This document shows, one piece after another, positions 39,370-61,934 of a stretch of DNA of 64,000 nt. Origin of the DNA: the human T2T-CHM13v2.0 reference genome, Homo sapiens. Numbering within the stretch: position 1 is the stretch's first letter; each line of letters opens with the position of its first letter. The DNA lies in the NCBI RefSeq assembly GCF_009914755.1, contig NC_060930.1, one strand, 5' to 3'. The position numbers and the translations under genes are program-made. A model generated the notes under the pieces. It was given only the letters and a program-made list of their open reading frames with translations, was not told the DNA's origin and did no database searches.

Positions 39370-40182
39370 CTTCACTTCCGTGTGGTGTCATGGCAACCCT
39401 GGGTAGTTGAGACTTGCCTTTTAGCCTTACAGTTGGCAATTCCCTTTTGCCACTAGACAGTCTGTCTTTGATGATTATTCTGAACAATGCTCAATCACAG
39501 AACAGGGGTCATTTTAACCCTGAATGCTTCTAACAAGGTTAAGGAAAAATAACTTTTTATAACATTTAAGAAAATAATGGATGTTCCCTCAGGGCCATAT
39601 TTTAAATGCTTCTAAGCACAATATGACACAGTATAAGATATGGCATTTGGTTGCAGTATATCATAATAGAAAACTGAAAGAATCAGAACATGTGGAAAAA
39701 CATTGAAATAAATCTGTTATAAAGGCCTTTAGGTCTTAACAAACTTGACATTTGTTTGGCAGGAGTTTCCTTCTTAGGTGGACATTGTTTTTTCCATATA
39801 GCCAATGTTAATAGAAAACAACTAATTTTAAGTTTGCCTATGATAATTAGGGGGTGAGGGGAAGGACGATACAACATTGAAAATAATAAGAGCCATTTTT
39901 TTTGATTCCAGGGTCAACTAATTACTTTATATCTCACCAAGTCCTCACAGGAAGATGAAGTAAATTCCATGTGTTCCCACAATACAGATAAGAAACATGA
40001 GGCTGAGACACTTGCCTAAGGCTTCACAGGTTAAAGAAAAAATGTAGAGTCAAACCTCAAACTAAAGTCTCTTCGGTGCTGAAGTTCCTGTCATTAACCA
40101 CTACACTCAACTATCTCAGATTGGCAATTTTTAATCTCTTCCTTCTATTGAACCGGAGATGTTAGCAAGCAACCAGATTTGT

Positions 40183-46905
<6,723 letters not shown>

Positions 46906-47075
46906 TTACTTCTGTTTATTTGTTTTTATCACATACTGTGCCAAGCACGGGGCTCTGGACTCAAACATTTCCAGGTTTACTTATTGAGACTTTGGCCTGG
47001 ATTCTTAACTTCTCTGTGCTTGAGACTCCTTATATATAAATAAAGAAGTGTCTGCCTCCTGGGATTATTGTAAAC

Positions 47076-47295
47076 CAAGCTTGTCCAACCTGCGGCCCAG
47101 AATAGCTTTGAATGCAGCCCAACACAAATTCGTAAATTTGCTTAAAACATTATGAGATATTTGTGTGTGTGTGTGTGTGTTTTTTTTTTTTTTTCTCATC
47201 AGCTATCATTAGTGTTAGTGTATTTTATGTGTGGCCCAAGACAATTATTCTTCTTCCAATGTGGTCCAGGGAAGCCAAAAGATTGGACATCCCTG
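47076..47295. mobile_element. MER30 (hAT-Charlie) DNA transposon
   Basis: CAAGCTTGTCCAA...GATTGGACATCCCTG; perfect 8-bp TSD TTGTAAAC. Confidence 0.9.
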
Positions 47296-49354
47296 TTGTA
47301 AACACAGAAGTGAGCAGACTGTGGAGCTTCTTGCAAAAGCTGGGCTCAGAGCATCCCTCAGTAAAGATGAGTCACTGTGTGAGCTGAAGAGTCTAGGTAA
47401 AGAGTAGGAGGGAGAAGAAAAAGGAACCCATTCCCCATGGGATACCCAGACCCTAAGCGTTATATCTACACTTTCAAAATGTTGCCTTATTCTATCCCAG
47501 CTTCACCTTGGCTGTGTCTCAAAGTGAAACAGTAAGATGAATCTAGAATGGCAGCTAGGTAGAGAATCCTGGTGATGGGTCAGAAGGACCAACACCTTTG
47601 AATTCTGATTGCTTTACATATCTGGCTCTCTGGGTGGTTTGTCACTAAGACAGTTACTTCCTAAAGTAGAACATCAACAGCATCCTTTTGGAACATGATT
47701 CCAACAGCATGGTTAAGATACCTGAGTAAGTCTGCAAGCTCAGAATGGACTGGTGCTGGATCTACCACTGAATTTAATATTTTTCTCCCTGGAGACATCT
47801 CAGGCCAGGGCCAAATGGCTCCCTAGGATCTCATAATTGCTGACACATGGAAGTGTGTGAGCTTCCCTTTGATAGTAGTAATCACAGGATGACAGATAAC
47901 ACCACCTGTGCCCTGACTCCCTGTGCCCGTGCCCACAACAGACATCAGCAATGGACTGCATCATCTTCCCTGCATAGCCAAGATTTTGCCTGAGAATCAT
48001 TTTCAAAACAGATCTCCAGGCAGCCACCAGGAACCAATCACAGTTTACCTGAGAGAGAATGTTTATCTGCCATCCCTGGCTGGACTTTCCTTTAATGTAC
48101 TGGATGACAGGAGTTGAGATCCATTTAACTGCACAGGGCCAATCACACTGCAATAAAATGGGTATTTTTTTCCCCTGAATTTTTTGACCTGGGATCATGC
48201 TAGAATGAGAATTTCTGGAATCACTAACTACTTAGTGGCTTCTGTTAACGGGGGAAATATGTGCTAGGCTAGGCTGTCAGACAGTAAGAAGTTAATCCTC
48301 AAATCTTGGTATGACACAACAAAGGTTTATTTCTTGCTTAAACTCCATGTCTGCTAAGGTTGGCAAGGGGCAGACAGAAACATCTCCACTTGCAGCTGCC
48401 CTTTCCCCACCACGCGGCCTCCTAGGTTGCTATGACACGGTAAGAAAACACTTGGAGATCTCAAGGCTGCCCCTCCATTCTTCAGCCGGAAGCAGCACAC
48501 ATCCCTTCCTCCCACAGCTCATTAGTCAGAACTAGCCACACCCACCTGACTGCCCAGGGCTGGGAAGGGTAGTCTTCTGTGTATCCAGAAGGAAAGAGGC
48601 AGGTATTGGTGAGCACTGAGAAGGTAGACTGCAGAGGAAGAAAGACTGTTATAAAGCTGACATCACCCTTCTTAAAAGCTTTTAGGCCTAAGAGGCAGCT
48701 TTGATGGGGATTATTTTTTCCATGGAATATTTGCTTTTGTATGGTGGGGCAGGCAGGGGATCTCTTTTCTGGATTTTTTAAGGACAGTGAAGATAAAAGA
48801 AGCATTTCCTCCTGCTTTCTGAGCTAAGGAACCATTTACTCTGCATGCTGTCTTGTTAAAGCATTATGGCCCCATTATCATAAATCTGCCAGATAGAGAG
48901 TAATGGGAAAAGCTTGGGTCACATTTTTATGTAGAATACTTCGGACTTCTTGAAAAATTATCAAACCCCAGACATTACGTGCCTCACATACCCTCCTTTT
49001 GTAGCCTTTGTTAAGTACATCTCATCCAGGTGGGGCTGTTCTTCACTTAGGGGCCAGTGCAGGATTGCTCAGGACCTTGTAAAAATGGGAATTATATTCT
49101 ATCTTGAATAGCAATTTACCTGAATATGGCACTCATTAAAGAATGGGTACATGGAAGTAAAGACTAACAACAGGGAAATGTCATTGTTCAAAAGTTTTGA
49201 TATTGACCATGGCCACAGGAACTAGATGGCAAAATGCAGATGTAGTGAGTGATTCCTGAGGAAGCCCTGTCGTTCTGAGGTATCTACTGCTATGAAAGGG
49301 TAGAAAATCTATTTTATGTGTCTGGTTCAGTCTATAACTTTTGTTCAGGAGTTA

Positions 49355-49950
49355 TTTTTTTTTTTCTTTTGAGATGGGGTCTCACTCTGTCACCCAGGTG
49401 GCAGTGCAGTGGTGCGATCTCGGCTCACTGCTAGCCTCAACTGCCCAAGCTCAGGTGATCCTCCCACTTCAGCCTCCTGAGTAACTGGGACTGGGTGTCC
49501 ACTACACCCAGCTAATTTTTTTTTTTTTTTTTGAGACAGAGTCTCACTCTGTCACCCCGGCTGAAGTGCAGTGGCACGATCTTAGCTGACTGCAACCTCC
49601 ACCACCTGGGTTCAAGTGATTCTCCTGCCTCAGCCTCCTGAGTAGCTAGGATTACAGGTGCCCACAACCATGCCCAGCTGAGTTTTGTATTTTTAGTAGA
49701 GATGGGGTTTCTCCATGTTGGCCAAGCTGGTCTGGAACTCCTACCCTCAGGTGATCCACCTACCTCTGCCTCCCAAAGTGCTGGGATTACAGGTGTGAGC
49801 CACTGCACCCAGCCTAATTTTTGTATTTTTAGTAGAGACAGGGTTTCACCACGTTGCCCAGGCTGGTCCCAAACTCCTGGCCTCAAGTGATCCACCTGCC
49901 TCGGCCTCCCAAAGTGCTGGGATTACAAACGTGAGCCACTGCGCCTGGCC
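49355..49950 (-). mobile_element. Nested Alus: a full Alu (~49516-49813) inserted in the A-rich linker of an older Alu
   Basis: Right arm - full Alu - left arm order, with CTAATTTTT repeated at both junctions. Confidence 0.85.
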
Positions 49951-50769
49951 AGGCATATGTATCTTTAAAAGCCCACTGGAAGTGACTGCTGGAAATATCA
50001 GGTGCCCACAGGCTGATCTGCCCACCACTTTTCATGAGTGGGGCAAACTGAAGACAGTTGTCAGCATGCTAAGACCATTGGCACAGCAGCAGGTATTTCA
50101 TTTGTAAAATCTCATCAAAAATCTGGAAAATTGCTAGTGGAATAATCCAGAGCATTACTTGTGTTGTCCCTCTGCAAATGGAAGTGGAAGGAGTCTATCC
50201 TTCTGTCTTGATTTGTCTTCAGGGTCACAGAGGTAGGAGCACTTCACTAACACCAGAGAAGCTGTGCCTCTCATAGGAATCAGGGCTTTGGACAAGCCCA
50301 CAGATATAGCTGTTCAGTACATGGTATTTCATAAAGTGCTCACTGAGGTCTAATTAGTGCAAAGCTCTTTTAGGGTTGCAAAGATGAATCCAATTACAGC
50401 ACATCAGTATATAGAAGAGAAAGACCATACACAAAATAGCCCTGACACAAGGCAGAAAAGGATGCATCCTGTAAGAGCAGGTTAGTAAAATATGGCAAGA
50501 GCACAGAGGAGGGACAGATTTCTTCCCATTGGGAGATCAGAGTGTCTCCATGGCATCAGTGACATTGGAGTTGACAGTGAAGAAGGTATTTTATTTTGAC
50601 AGACAGACTGGTGGAAGGGCCTATCAGGTAGAAAGAACAGCACAAGCGAAGGCACAGAGAGTGGCAGTCTTGAGTACATTGGGGGCTGTCACATCCTTCG
50701 TGGCTAGACTGTAGGATTAGCAAGGGGACTGAAACTGAAGGGCTTTTGGCCCTTGAAAGAAGGAAACTG

Positions 50770-52840
50770 CCTAGCTTATGTCTATGGTTATATGATTTTC
50801 TACCTGAAATCTTCCAATTCACAAGCATGATCTACATCTCCATATACTTAGGTCTTCTTCAATTTCCCTTTGTAATGTTTTGAAAATTTCAGAGTACAGG
50901 TCTGGAACATTCTTGGTTAAATGTATTGTTAACTATTCTATTTTTTTGATGTTATTGTGAATGGAGTTACCTTTTCATTAGTAGCATGTAGTAATATAGT
51001 GATTTTTGTATAAGGTCAATTGAAAGAAAAATCTTTTTAAATGGCAGTGGTGGTCTAACTGGATAAACATATGAAAAAAAAATGAATGAGATTACCTCAT
51101 CTCAATATGGAGCGTGTCTTCAAAGTAAAAGCTCCTAGAACTGCACTGGCTGGTAGAACTTTCTGTGATGATGGAAATGTGTCTGTGCTGTCCAGTTAGA
51201 TAGCCACTGGCCATGTGTGGTTACTGAGCATTTGCAATATGGGTAATATGACTAAGAAACCAAATTTTGAACGTTACTTAATTTAAATTTAAATAGCCAC
51301 ATATTGGTAATGTATCATATTGGCCAACATGGTTAGAAGAAAGCATAGGAGAATATCTTCATGATGTTAGGGTAGGCAATTGTGTCTTAGAGAAGATGTA
51401 AAAAGCACTAAACATAAAGGAAAAAAATTGATAAACAACTGATTAAAACCCCTGCTCATCAAAAGACACCTTTGAGAAAATGAAAATGCCAAGTCACAGA
51501 TCAAGAGAAAATATATGCAATACACATAACTGACAAAGAACTCATATTCCGCATATATTATAAAACTTCCACAAGTCAAGAACAAAAACCAAATAACTCA
51601 GTTTTTAAATAGACTCCTACAGATGCTTCACAAAAGAAGATAAACCAATAGCCAATAAGCACAGTAAGAGATGCTTAGATGTTATTACACATCAGAGAAA
51701 TGCACATTAAAGTCACAGTGAAATGTCATTTCACTCCCATTGGAATGTCTAACATTAACATGATTGACAACACCAAATGTTGGGAAGCAGGTTGCTATGG
51801 CTTGGATAGCTTGTTTGCCCCCACCAAAGCTCATGTTGAAATTTGATCCCGTGTGGCAGTTTTGGGAGGTGGGGCCTAATGGGAGGTGTTTGGGTTATAG
51901 GGGTGGATCCCTTGTGAATGGCTTGGTGCTATTCTCACAGTAGTGAGTTCTTGCTTTCTCAAGACTGGATTAGCTCTCTTGGGAATGGATTAGTTCCCTC
52001 AAGAGTAGGCTGCTATAATGCCAGGACACTCCTCAGATTTTCCTTCCTTTTTATGGGTCTGCTTCTCCTTTGACCTTCTTTGTAGTGTTGTGATGCAGCA
52101 TGAAAGCCCTAACCAGAAGCCAGGGGCATACCCTTGAACTTCTCAGCTACATAAACTTCTTTTATTTGTAAACTACTCAGTCTCAGGTATGCTTTTATAG
52201 CAACATGAAACGGACTACAACAGAGGTGGAAAAACTAATTCTCACACATTGTGGTGGAGTGTAAAATGGTACAACTACTTTGGAAAACCCTTTGCAGTTT
52301 CTCATAAAGTTAAGCATAGATCCACTACATGACTCAATTCTATTCTTAGGTATTTATTCAAGAGCAGTAGAAACATATCCACAAAGAGACTTTTCAACAA
52401 CGTTCAAAGTAGCTTTACTCACATAGTCCCAAGCTAGAAACAACCCAAATGTCCTTCAGCAGGAGAATGAATAAATAGATTGTAGTATGTTCATACAATG
52501 GGCATTAGTAAGAAAAAGGACAAACTATTGTCATATGCAACAATATAGCTAAATCTCAAAAACATTGAGCAAAAGAACCCAAGCACAAAAGGCCATATAT
52601 CATATGATTCCATTTATATAAATTTCAAGAACAGGCTAACCTAGTCTGTGGAAATAGAAATCAGAGCAGTGTTACCTAAAGGGGGTAGAAATTGAATGGA
52701 ATAAAACTTTCTGGAATGAAGGAAATAAATGTCCTTTATGTTGATTGGGGTGGTAGTTACATGGGTGTGTTCATTAATTAAAATTCATCATATTTTGTAC
52801 TTAAGGTTTATGCATTTCACATTGACATATATGGTATGTA
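50770..52840. mobile_element. Old L1M fragments interrupted by a MER3-like element (~51136-51335) and an MST LTR (~51793-52222)
   Basis: L1 ORF2-3'/UTR-like sequence; TAGAACTTTCTGTGATGATGGAAATG (MER3-like); TGCTATGG...CTCAGTCTCAGGTAT...GGACTACAACA (MST-like). Confidence 0.65.
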
Positions 52841-53271
52841 AACTTTACCCATTGATGATAAGAATGGTAACTGAATTGAAGCAAGTGGTGTCCACGATGA
52901 GTTTTTCACATTGTCAACCCAAATTAACAAACAGAGGCTCTCTGAAAGAAAATGATATTTATTTGGTAATAGGGCACTGCAGTGGGAATACTCATGTCAT
53001 AGTAAACTATGTGTGTATTCTAGGAGGTAAAGGAAGATAAAGATATTGAAAGGAAAAGTGAGGAGGATTACACAATTATTTCAAGATAATTATCCTTGGC
53101 TACAAGGGTTAATAACAAAGGTGGCATCAGTCAAGATTGGACAGATAGTTGCTGGGTAGATGTCCTTGTAGAAGTATTTTTTTGTTGTAAGACTGAGATG
53201 GCCTTTGTGCAAGATTATGGCTTTTGCAGAGTCTTTTGTGATGATTCTTATTAACAGGCACTCATGCATGA

Positions 53272-53621
<350 letters not shown>

Positions 53622-54641
53622 CTATTGCCAGGGTTTTTAACATAAGTGACTTCATTTTGATTCTGACAACTTTCACATTTCCCTCTTTTGCTGAAGCTCT
53701 TTCTCAAAAGTCATCACTGATGAATCATCCCGTAGTTAAATTTTGATTGTCCCTTGGTTCTGGGATTTACCTGTACTGGTTTGGTTTAATCTAGTCCTAC
53801 ATTAGAGGGAAGTTATTGGTGACTAGGAATCAGTGTCAAAAGCCTTTTAGCCACATTTGAGCAACAAAGGTAGTTTGGAGGGAGTGGCTCTCAGGCTAAG
53901 TCTACCTGAAGTCCATATTTAAGTTCAATTTTGTCTGTTTTGTAGGTGTTGGCTATCACTTCAAAGTGCTGGTCCAGCATTATTCTGTTAGGAGTTGTAC
54001 TTCTGAAGAATTTTAACAAGTAACAGGTACAAAGTTTACAAACAAAAGTAGAAAGTAAAATTAATAGTAATATGATAATCTCAGTTTGCCTAACAGTTTT
54101 GAGGCATGAACCTGGGCTTAAAGGCAACCAATTAATAAATCAAATGAACACAGGGGATTAGGTGAGACTTGTTGTAACTATGTGACCTGTTTTCTTATTT
54201 TGTATATATGGGTCTTAATTTTCCCAGAGGAATATATCTAGGTACAGTATGTAGTATTAGCAATAGCACATATATTTATTTACTTAAACAATAGATAATA
54301 TAGAGCAATTTTATTACATGGCATCCCATGGGTGGGTTGAATTAAAGTAGAGCAGACAGAGAACAACAGTTGTATTAGGGATGTTGACAAAGTCACCCAT
54401 TGGGTGCACTAAAGGATCTCTTAGGTCAGGTTTTTTAAAGTTACCAGCAAAACGTATTGATTGTGAAATTTCAAGTGCACCATTATCCTGTCAAATGAAA
54501 AAGGTAGGCATTAAGAGGGGTCAAAGTCTCATTATGATATGGAGTCTTTTTCTGATGTCTTGGGAAAAACTGTCTACTGCATGAAGCTGTCAACTTCTCA
54601 TCCTGGTTTGCAGTTTGAATGTGACTGTTTATGGCATAAGG

Positions 54642-55338
54642 TGTCGGTATGTTTTGATTCTGTGTCCCTACCCATATCTCATCTCAAGTTGTAATCCCCA
54701 TGTGTCATTGTCATGGGAGGAACCTGGTAGGAGGTGATTGGATCATGGGGGCAGTTTCCCCTGTGCTATTCTTGTGATAGTGAGTTCTCACAAGATGTGA
54801 TGGCCTAAAAGTCTGTGGTGATTCCTTGGCTGGGCACAGTGGCTCATGCCTATAATCCCAGCAGTTTGGGAGGCCGAAGCAGATGGATAATTTGAGGTCA
54901 GGAGTTCAAGGCCAGCATGGCCAACATGGTGAAATCCTGTCTCTACTAAAAATACAAAAATTAGCCGAGGGTGGTGACACATGCTTGTAATCCTAGTTAC
55001 TTGGGAGGCTGCGGCAGGAGGATCACTTAAACTGGGAGGCAGAGGTTGCAGTGAGCCAAGATCAAGCCACTGCACTCCAGCTTGGGTGACATAACAAGAC
55101 TCCATCTTAAAAATGAATGAATGAATGAATGAATAAATAAATAAAAGTATGTGGTGGGTTCCCCCTGTCTTGCTGCCATGTAAGATGTGCCTTGCTTTCC
55201 CTCTGCCTTCCACTAAAATTGTAAGTTTCCTGAGACCTCCCTAGCCATGCAGAACTATGTGTCAATTAAACCTCTTTTCTTTATAAATTACCCAGACTCA
55301 GGTAGTTCTTTATAGCAGTGTGAAAACAGATTAATACA
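54642..55338 (+). mobile_element. MSTA/THE1-type MaLR LTR containing an Alu (54828-55146)
   Basis: MaLR LTR motifs CAATTAAACCTCTTTTCTTTATAAATTACCCAG...TAATACA; Alu flanked by AAAAGT(C/A)TGTGGTG. Confidence 0.8.
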
Positions 55339-56023
55339 GGTGCTTTGGTGAACTCTCTGTGTGACCCATACATTAGACATTAGACTTGTCCCTTAAAATT
55401 CACCAAGTTTAAGGTTATAGGGCTTCAGAAATAGAACAGTTTGCATTTTTAGTAATTCTATGGTAGAGAGTTGGATTGAAAGAATCTAGAATAATTCAGG
55501 ATCCAGTCTATTCTATAGGCAGATAACAAGAACTTGAAAATAATGCACAGGGCTAAAAACCTAATAACAAGAGTGTTGTAGTTTTTCTTTAGAAATATAA
55601 CTTTTTCTCTCTCGTATTAGTATACTTTTAATATTAAAGCTCAATCTTTAGCAAAGGCTTATAGATAATTCCCATCTAATTATAGCCTTCATGAACCTTT
55701 CATGACCTGCTCAAATCTTCAGTAACATGCTTAAGCCTTTAGTTTTGTCCCATTCTTCCTCTTTCTTAAATGACCAGTCATTTTACTTTAGAACAAAAAT
55801 TTACTACACAGATTCTTTCTTATACGAAATTATTCTCTTTTCTTTTTAACCTTCCTTACCGAAAGTGCATCTTCTTACTTATAACTTCCTCCATGTCTCT
55901 CTCTCCTGCTTACCAGTAGAGAAGGGCTTTTGCCATGTTGCCCAGGCTGATCTCGAACTTCAGAGCTCAAATAATCCTCCTGCCTCGGCCTTCCACAGTG
56001 CTGAGATCACAGACGTGAGCCAC

Positions 56024-56545
56024 TGTGAGATATGATGAGGTTTCTCTTCAAATAGCTTGATCAATCCTTTATTCTTTAATTCATAGTACCCACTCCCCCA
56101 CCCCTTTCTCCTTTTTGTCTTTTTTTCCTTTCTGCCTTTGTTACATGCTAGGACATGCCACAGTACCAGGCTTATCAGTACGAGCTCACATTCCTTTCCT
56201 TATTTAAAAAAAAGACTAGCCCTCTAGCTCATCACAGACACCCCTTCCCCTTTTCCCCTCTCTCCCTTACGTGCCCACCTTATCTAAAAAAAGTTCAAAT
56301 GTCTAACCAACCGAGATTAATTCAGATTGTGCGACCCGACCCCGGCCAATAGAAAAAGAGTACAGAGACAGGACTTGCGTCAGAAATAAAGGCTTTCATG
56401 CCCCTTTGTTCAAGTGTGCTCTCATGGCGACTGGCAAAAAAACAAACAAACAAAAATCCCTCTACACAAAAGTAAAATTGCTTTTGCTAAAAATCCCTTG
56501 TTTGAGTGTTCAATCTCCTTAGGATTTTGAGCGTTATTCCCAACA
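56024..56545 (+). mobile_element. ERV solo LTR (LTR10-like) inserted into an Alu monomer (55915-56561)
   Basis: TG...CA termini with perfect 5-bp TSD GCCAC splitting the Alu sequence GTGAGCCAC|CATGCCTGGCC. Confidence 0.8.
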
Positions 56546-58039
56546 GCCACCATGCCTGGCCTGTTTACTTTTAACAATTATACCTGGATTACTCATAGAA
56601 ACTGAGATATTAGACAAAGCTAGTCATCATTTTAAGTTATTTCCCTTTTGATCATTTTTATAGCCTGTGAATATCAGGTGTTCACCTAAGTAAGAATCTT
56701 AAAGTTAAATATATGGGTATTTTGCCAATAACTCAGAAGATACAGCTGCTTTTATTAAGCCAACAATATGAAATTAGTCTTACATATCAAAGAATTACAG
56801 AAACAAATTTATTCTGTTTTTAGGGTGAGTTTATAATTTTATCACCTTAAAACATCTAGTACAATCTTGATGAACAGTAAACCCGGGCAAAATTGTATGC
56901 TGACAATTTTGAAGACCTCTCTATTTTTATTTTGTCAACAAACTTAAAACCAGCTTATTTATCAAAAAATTATTTAAGTAATGTGAACTAAAAACACGTG
57001 GGTTAGTTACTATATTTTTGTTACAGTACTCAATTTAAGTGCTTTTCTTCCCTTTTAAATTTATTAATCAGATCTCTTTAATATATTTTAGTAGAAAAAT
57101 ATTATACACACACAACATTAAAACATACAGACAACACAAATACATAGAAGCAGATTCTCTCGCTTTCGTCTGGATATTTTAGTCATGAGACAGTGTAACA
57201 TAGTAATACAAACTCAGTTTGTAAAAGGACAGTTGAACTCAAATTATATTTCTGACAAATGGGACCTGTTCACATGGCTAATGTTTATTTGCCCCAGTAG
57301 ATAATCTTATTAAGGCTGTGAACTAAAATTTTGGATAAGGAAATTTTCATAGCAGTTTGATAATAATAATAATAAACCTCTCATCCTTTATTTCAGTTTC
57401 AAATGAGTTTAGGGTATATTTTTAATATTTATATTTTAGCCAGGACTGGCTAAATTGTATAAGAAAAATAAAATCTTCAAATGGCCTTGAATTTTTAGTA
57501 ACAAATCTATCTTTTGTTTGCTGGTCTGGTTTGCTTGACTAGTCAATGTGGGTGAGGAAGCATTTTAACAGGTTTTTTTTCCAGCTTTTTCTAGTCCCTC
57601 CGTAGTAGATAAAGCAATTTTTATGTCAGACAAAGATATAGTATTCCTCTGAGCTCAAGATTTTGACTTGTTTGATCTGAGAGGCTAACTTTTATGAACA
57701 TTTATGTAGTTATTTGCTTTTAAAATACCAATCCTTTAATTAAGTGTTCCATTACCCAAAGCACTTTTTAGTCAGACAAACCTAGATTTACATTTCCAAA
57801 GGTGTCTAAATTGTTGGTTTTCATGAACCTGTTGTAATCTGTAAAGCTGTTAAGTTTTTTGCATTTTGACTGGAATGCCATAAGCAGTGAGTTTGTCTTA
57901 ACACCAGCAGAAAAGTCTGCAGATTCAAAATAGGCAGAAAAATAAAATAGAGGAGAGAGAGCCTAGAAGGCTCTATGTATTAACTCTATATTTGCAGTTT
58001 CTATTTCATCTCTAAGATAAACAGGCTTGGGGAGTTTGA

Positions 58040-58649
<610 letters not shown>

Positions 58650-60332
58650 CCTTCATTTCTTATTAATTTCTTAAAAGCAAAGAAAATCCCATAAATCATG
58701 TCATGGGACCGTCAGGAGTTTGTACTGGTGTGTAAAGAAAATTCTTTAAATCTTGTCAGGAAAATGTCAGGAGTTTAGACTGGTGTCTTACACAGTGGCA
58801 ACCAACATAGTGGCTTTTAATTAGCCATCCTGCATCCACCACTTAGGATGTTTATTTTTGCTCTTGAAAGATTTTCAGAAACAAGCAAAGGGGAAGAGCC
58901 AAATCATTTACACACATGCATAACCAAACCCAAATCGGATTGTTCACAGAAATTTTAACCCAGGCATGCAGATCAAACAAAATATTAAACTAGGCATGCA
59001 GAAAGAACCAAAAATGAACTCACCAGAAAAGACATGTCTCCAAGACAGATTGTAAATGTTGTAGAAACCGGAGTACTCTCCACAAGGACACTTCTCAGGA
59101 AGAGCTTGCCAAAAACAGAATTTTATAGTTCCAAGAGAGATGCAGCATTCTTCATTTAAGGTAGGCTGATAACCAAACCAAATCTCAGATAAAGTCAAAA
59201 AGCCTCTATCAGGAAGAAGGGGCTTAGCCTGAGTGAAGACTCACCAGGGAAGAACAGGTGAGCCATGGAGGCAGAGAGCTCAAAGGGCTCAAGGTGAGCA
59301 CAGCCTGCAGGTTCCAAGAATCACTGATTCCTTCCAAAAGTGATCTTGCTTCAGGTTCCGCTTCTGGAGACCATTTATGTCAACCTAAATAACAAATACT
59401 GAGAGGTTCTCTAAAAGAAAATGATGTTTACATGGTAATGGGTCATTGCAATGAAAATACTCATGCCATATAACTTATGTGCATATTCTGGGAAGTAAAA
59501 GAAGACAAAGTTTTTTAAAGGAAAAGTAAGGAGGATTACATGATTGTTTGGAGAGAGTTATCCTTAGCTACAAGGAACAATATGGGTGGTGCCAGTTCCA
59601 GGTTGGACAGGCAGTTGCTGGGCAGATGTCCTTATAGAAGTATTTTTTTGTGCAAGGTTATGGTTTTTGCCATCTTTCATGATTGTTCTTGTTATCAGAC
59701 ATTTGTGAGTGAGAATTCCCACTTCATGGCCTTCCCCAGCTCTATTCATCAGGATATTTTTTAATAACATTAAGTGACTCCATATTTATTCTGACAACTT
59801 TCACAACATACAGGTCCTTTTGTTTATCAGTCAAGGAAAGAAGAAACAAATAAAAGTCAAGTATATTGAGTGTTTAATATTTACTGGACTCTAAGAGTAC
59901 AAAGATGAACTTTTTGCTCTTCTCAGGAAGGGAGAATCAGACACATCATACTGTTGCCATACCAAGGGATCATCGGGAGGAAGCCAGAAGGGAGGGGGTG
60001 GCCATGGGAGCACAGGGTAGCCTCAGGGGGCAGGAAAGGCACCTCAGAGGGGCTTTAATGTCCACTGCCTTGGCACTGTCCTGGGGAGGGACAAAATTCT
60101 CTTGGTCTCTTGTGCCTTAGTTCTCCAGCAAGGGTGACTAATGGACTTTAATTCCAGGAAACATAGCTGTGTTATGGAAGAGCAGCCACACACAGCTGGG
60201 CTTCTGGGTCTGCTGTCACACTCAGCTGGTGCCACAGGTAGGCAGAAAAGCTATTTCTCAGAGCTTCTTAGCCTTGGAATTGAGGAATGGTGTGGACCCC
60301 AGCAATCTTAATTATGCTTTCTCCAAATGCTT

Positions 60333-60779
60333 TGTGAACCCCCAAAATCCGAGAGAGGTCTCAGTTAATTTAGAAAGTTTATTTTGCCAGGGTTGAGGAC
60401 ACACACCCATGACTCAGCCTCAGGAGGTCCTGAAGACATGTGCCCAAGGTGGTTACAGCACAGTTTGGTTTTATCCATTTTAGGGAGACATGAGACATCG
60501 ATCAACATATGTAAGATGAACATTGGTTCAGTCTGGAAAGGCGGGACTACTCGAAGCAGGGAGGGGACTTCCAGGTCGTAAGTAGATAAGAGACAATGGT
60601 TGCATTCTTTTGAGTTTCTGATTGACCTCTCCAAAGGAGGCAATCAGATATGCATTTATCTCAGTGAGCAGAGGGGTGACTTTGAATAGAATAGGAGGCA
60701 GGTTTGCCCTAAGCAGCTCCCAGCTTGACTTTTCCCTTTAGCTTAGTGATTTGGGGGTTCAAGATATTTTCCTTTCACA
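60333..60779 (-). mobile_element. MER4A-type ERV1 solo LTR
   Basis: Minus strand begins TGTGAAAGGAAAATATCTTG; perfect 4-bp TSD GCTT. Confidence 0.85.
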
Positions 60780-61934
60780 GCTTTAAGCCACTCTTTTTCC
60801 TAGGTGACATTTTAGTTTATCAGGTCACAGGTTGCTGGCACACTCATCCCTGTTCTCAAATATCTTTTAAACCTGAGAGAAATGACAGTTGAGGGAAACT
60901 CATTTACAGAAAGACAAAGAAGACCATGTAAATTTGCACTAAAGCATAAATCTTCAGTCTCTCTAAAATGATTTTCTCTGAATTCTGAATACCTGACATA
61001 GTAGAATATTGGATTCTTGCATAAACCCTTGACGTTCACAACATGTTTGTTTAGTGGGCAGTGAAAATTGTTAACCTGGCTTATTATTAAAAGGAAAAAT
61101 ACAGGTTTCTGAAAGGATTTCTTGCTTGATGTCACCCAGGTAACCATGCTAGGAGACAGATCTGATATTAAAATTCCTTCAGCTAGCTGGATTACAAACC
61201 TTCTAGGGTTGCTGACCTCTGAAATCCAGGTGATTTTGATAATTTGGAGTTTAGTGATATACAATCAGGTTTTCCAGACCTGTGTTTTTTTTGTTTTTGT
61301 TTTTTTGTTTTTCACCTCTGCCCAAATTCTTACAGAATTTGGTCATAAGTGCTTTCTCCTGAGTGATAGGATGGGAAGGAAGAGATTTAAGAACTGGAAA
61401 CACTGAGAGGATTACACATCTGTTGAGCACAAACTCCAGGGCTTGATTTTTGTCAGGTTCTGTTCTGGACTTGAAAACACATTCAGTCATGATTTGTGCC
61501 TTTAAGGAGTCACTACCTGTGCATGGGCAATCCTTCTTTAAGTCTGGAAAGGATGGTGATTAAAGTAGATGGAGTATCAGGTTCTCAGCTTACCTGGGCT
61601 CTTTCTTTCACGCACTTGTGGGACTCATTGAGAGTTATTTTATTCACTCATTGACTCATTTATTACCCTTGAACTGCTTATTTGTTCCACGTTAAAGGAA
61701 ACAAGGAATTAGGAATCTGGGTTTTATTCCCACTCATACCACAAACTGATTGTGTGACTAAGTGGGCAATTTGACTGCTCCTTACCTGAGTTCATACGTT
61801 TGTAAAATGCACATCATAATTCTTGCCCTAACTGACTGTATTGGTTACTTTTGAGAATCAAGTGAGAAAAATGGATATTATAGCATTTTGGCAAATATTT
61901 AATGTACCCCTATGAGACAGTATTATTGTTTTTA

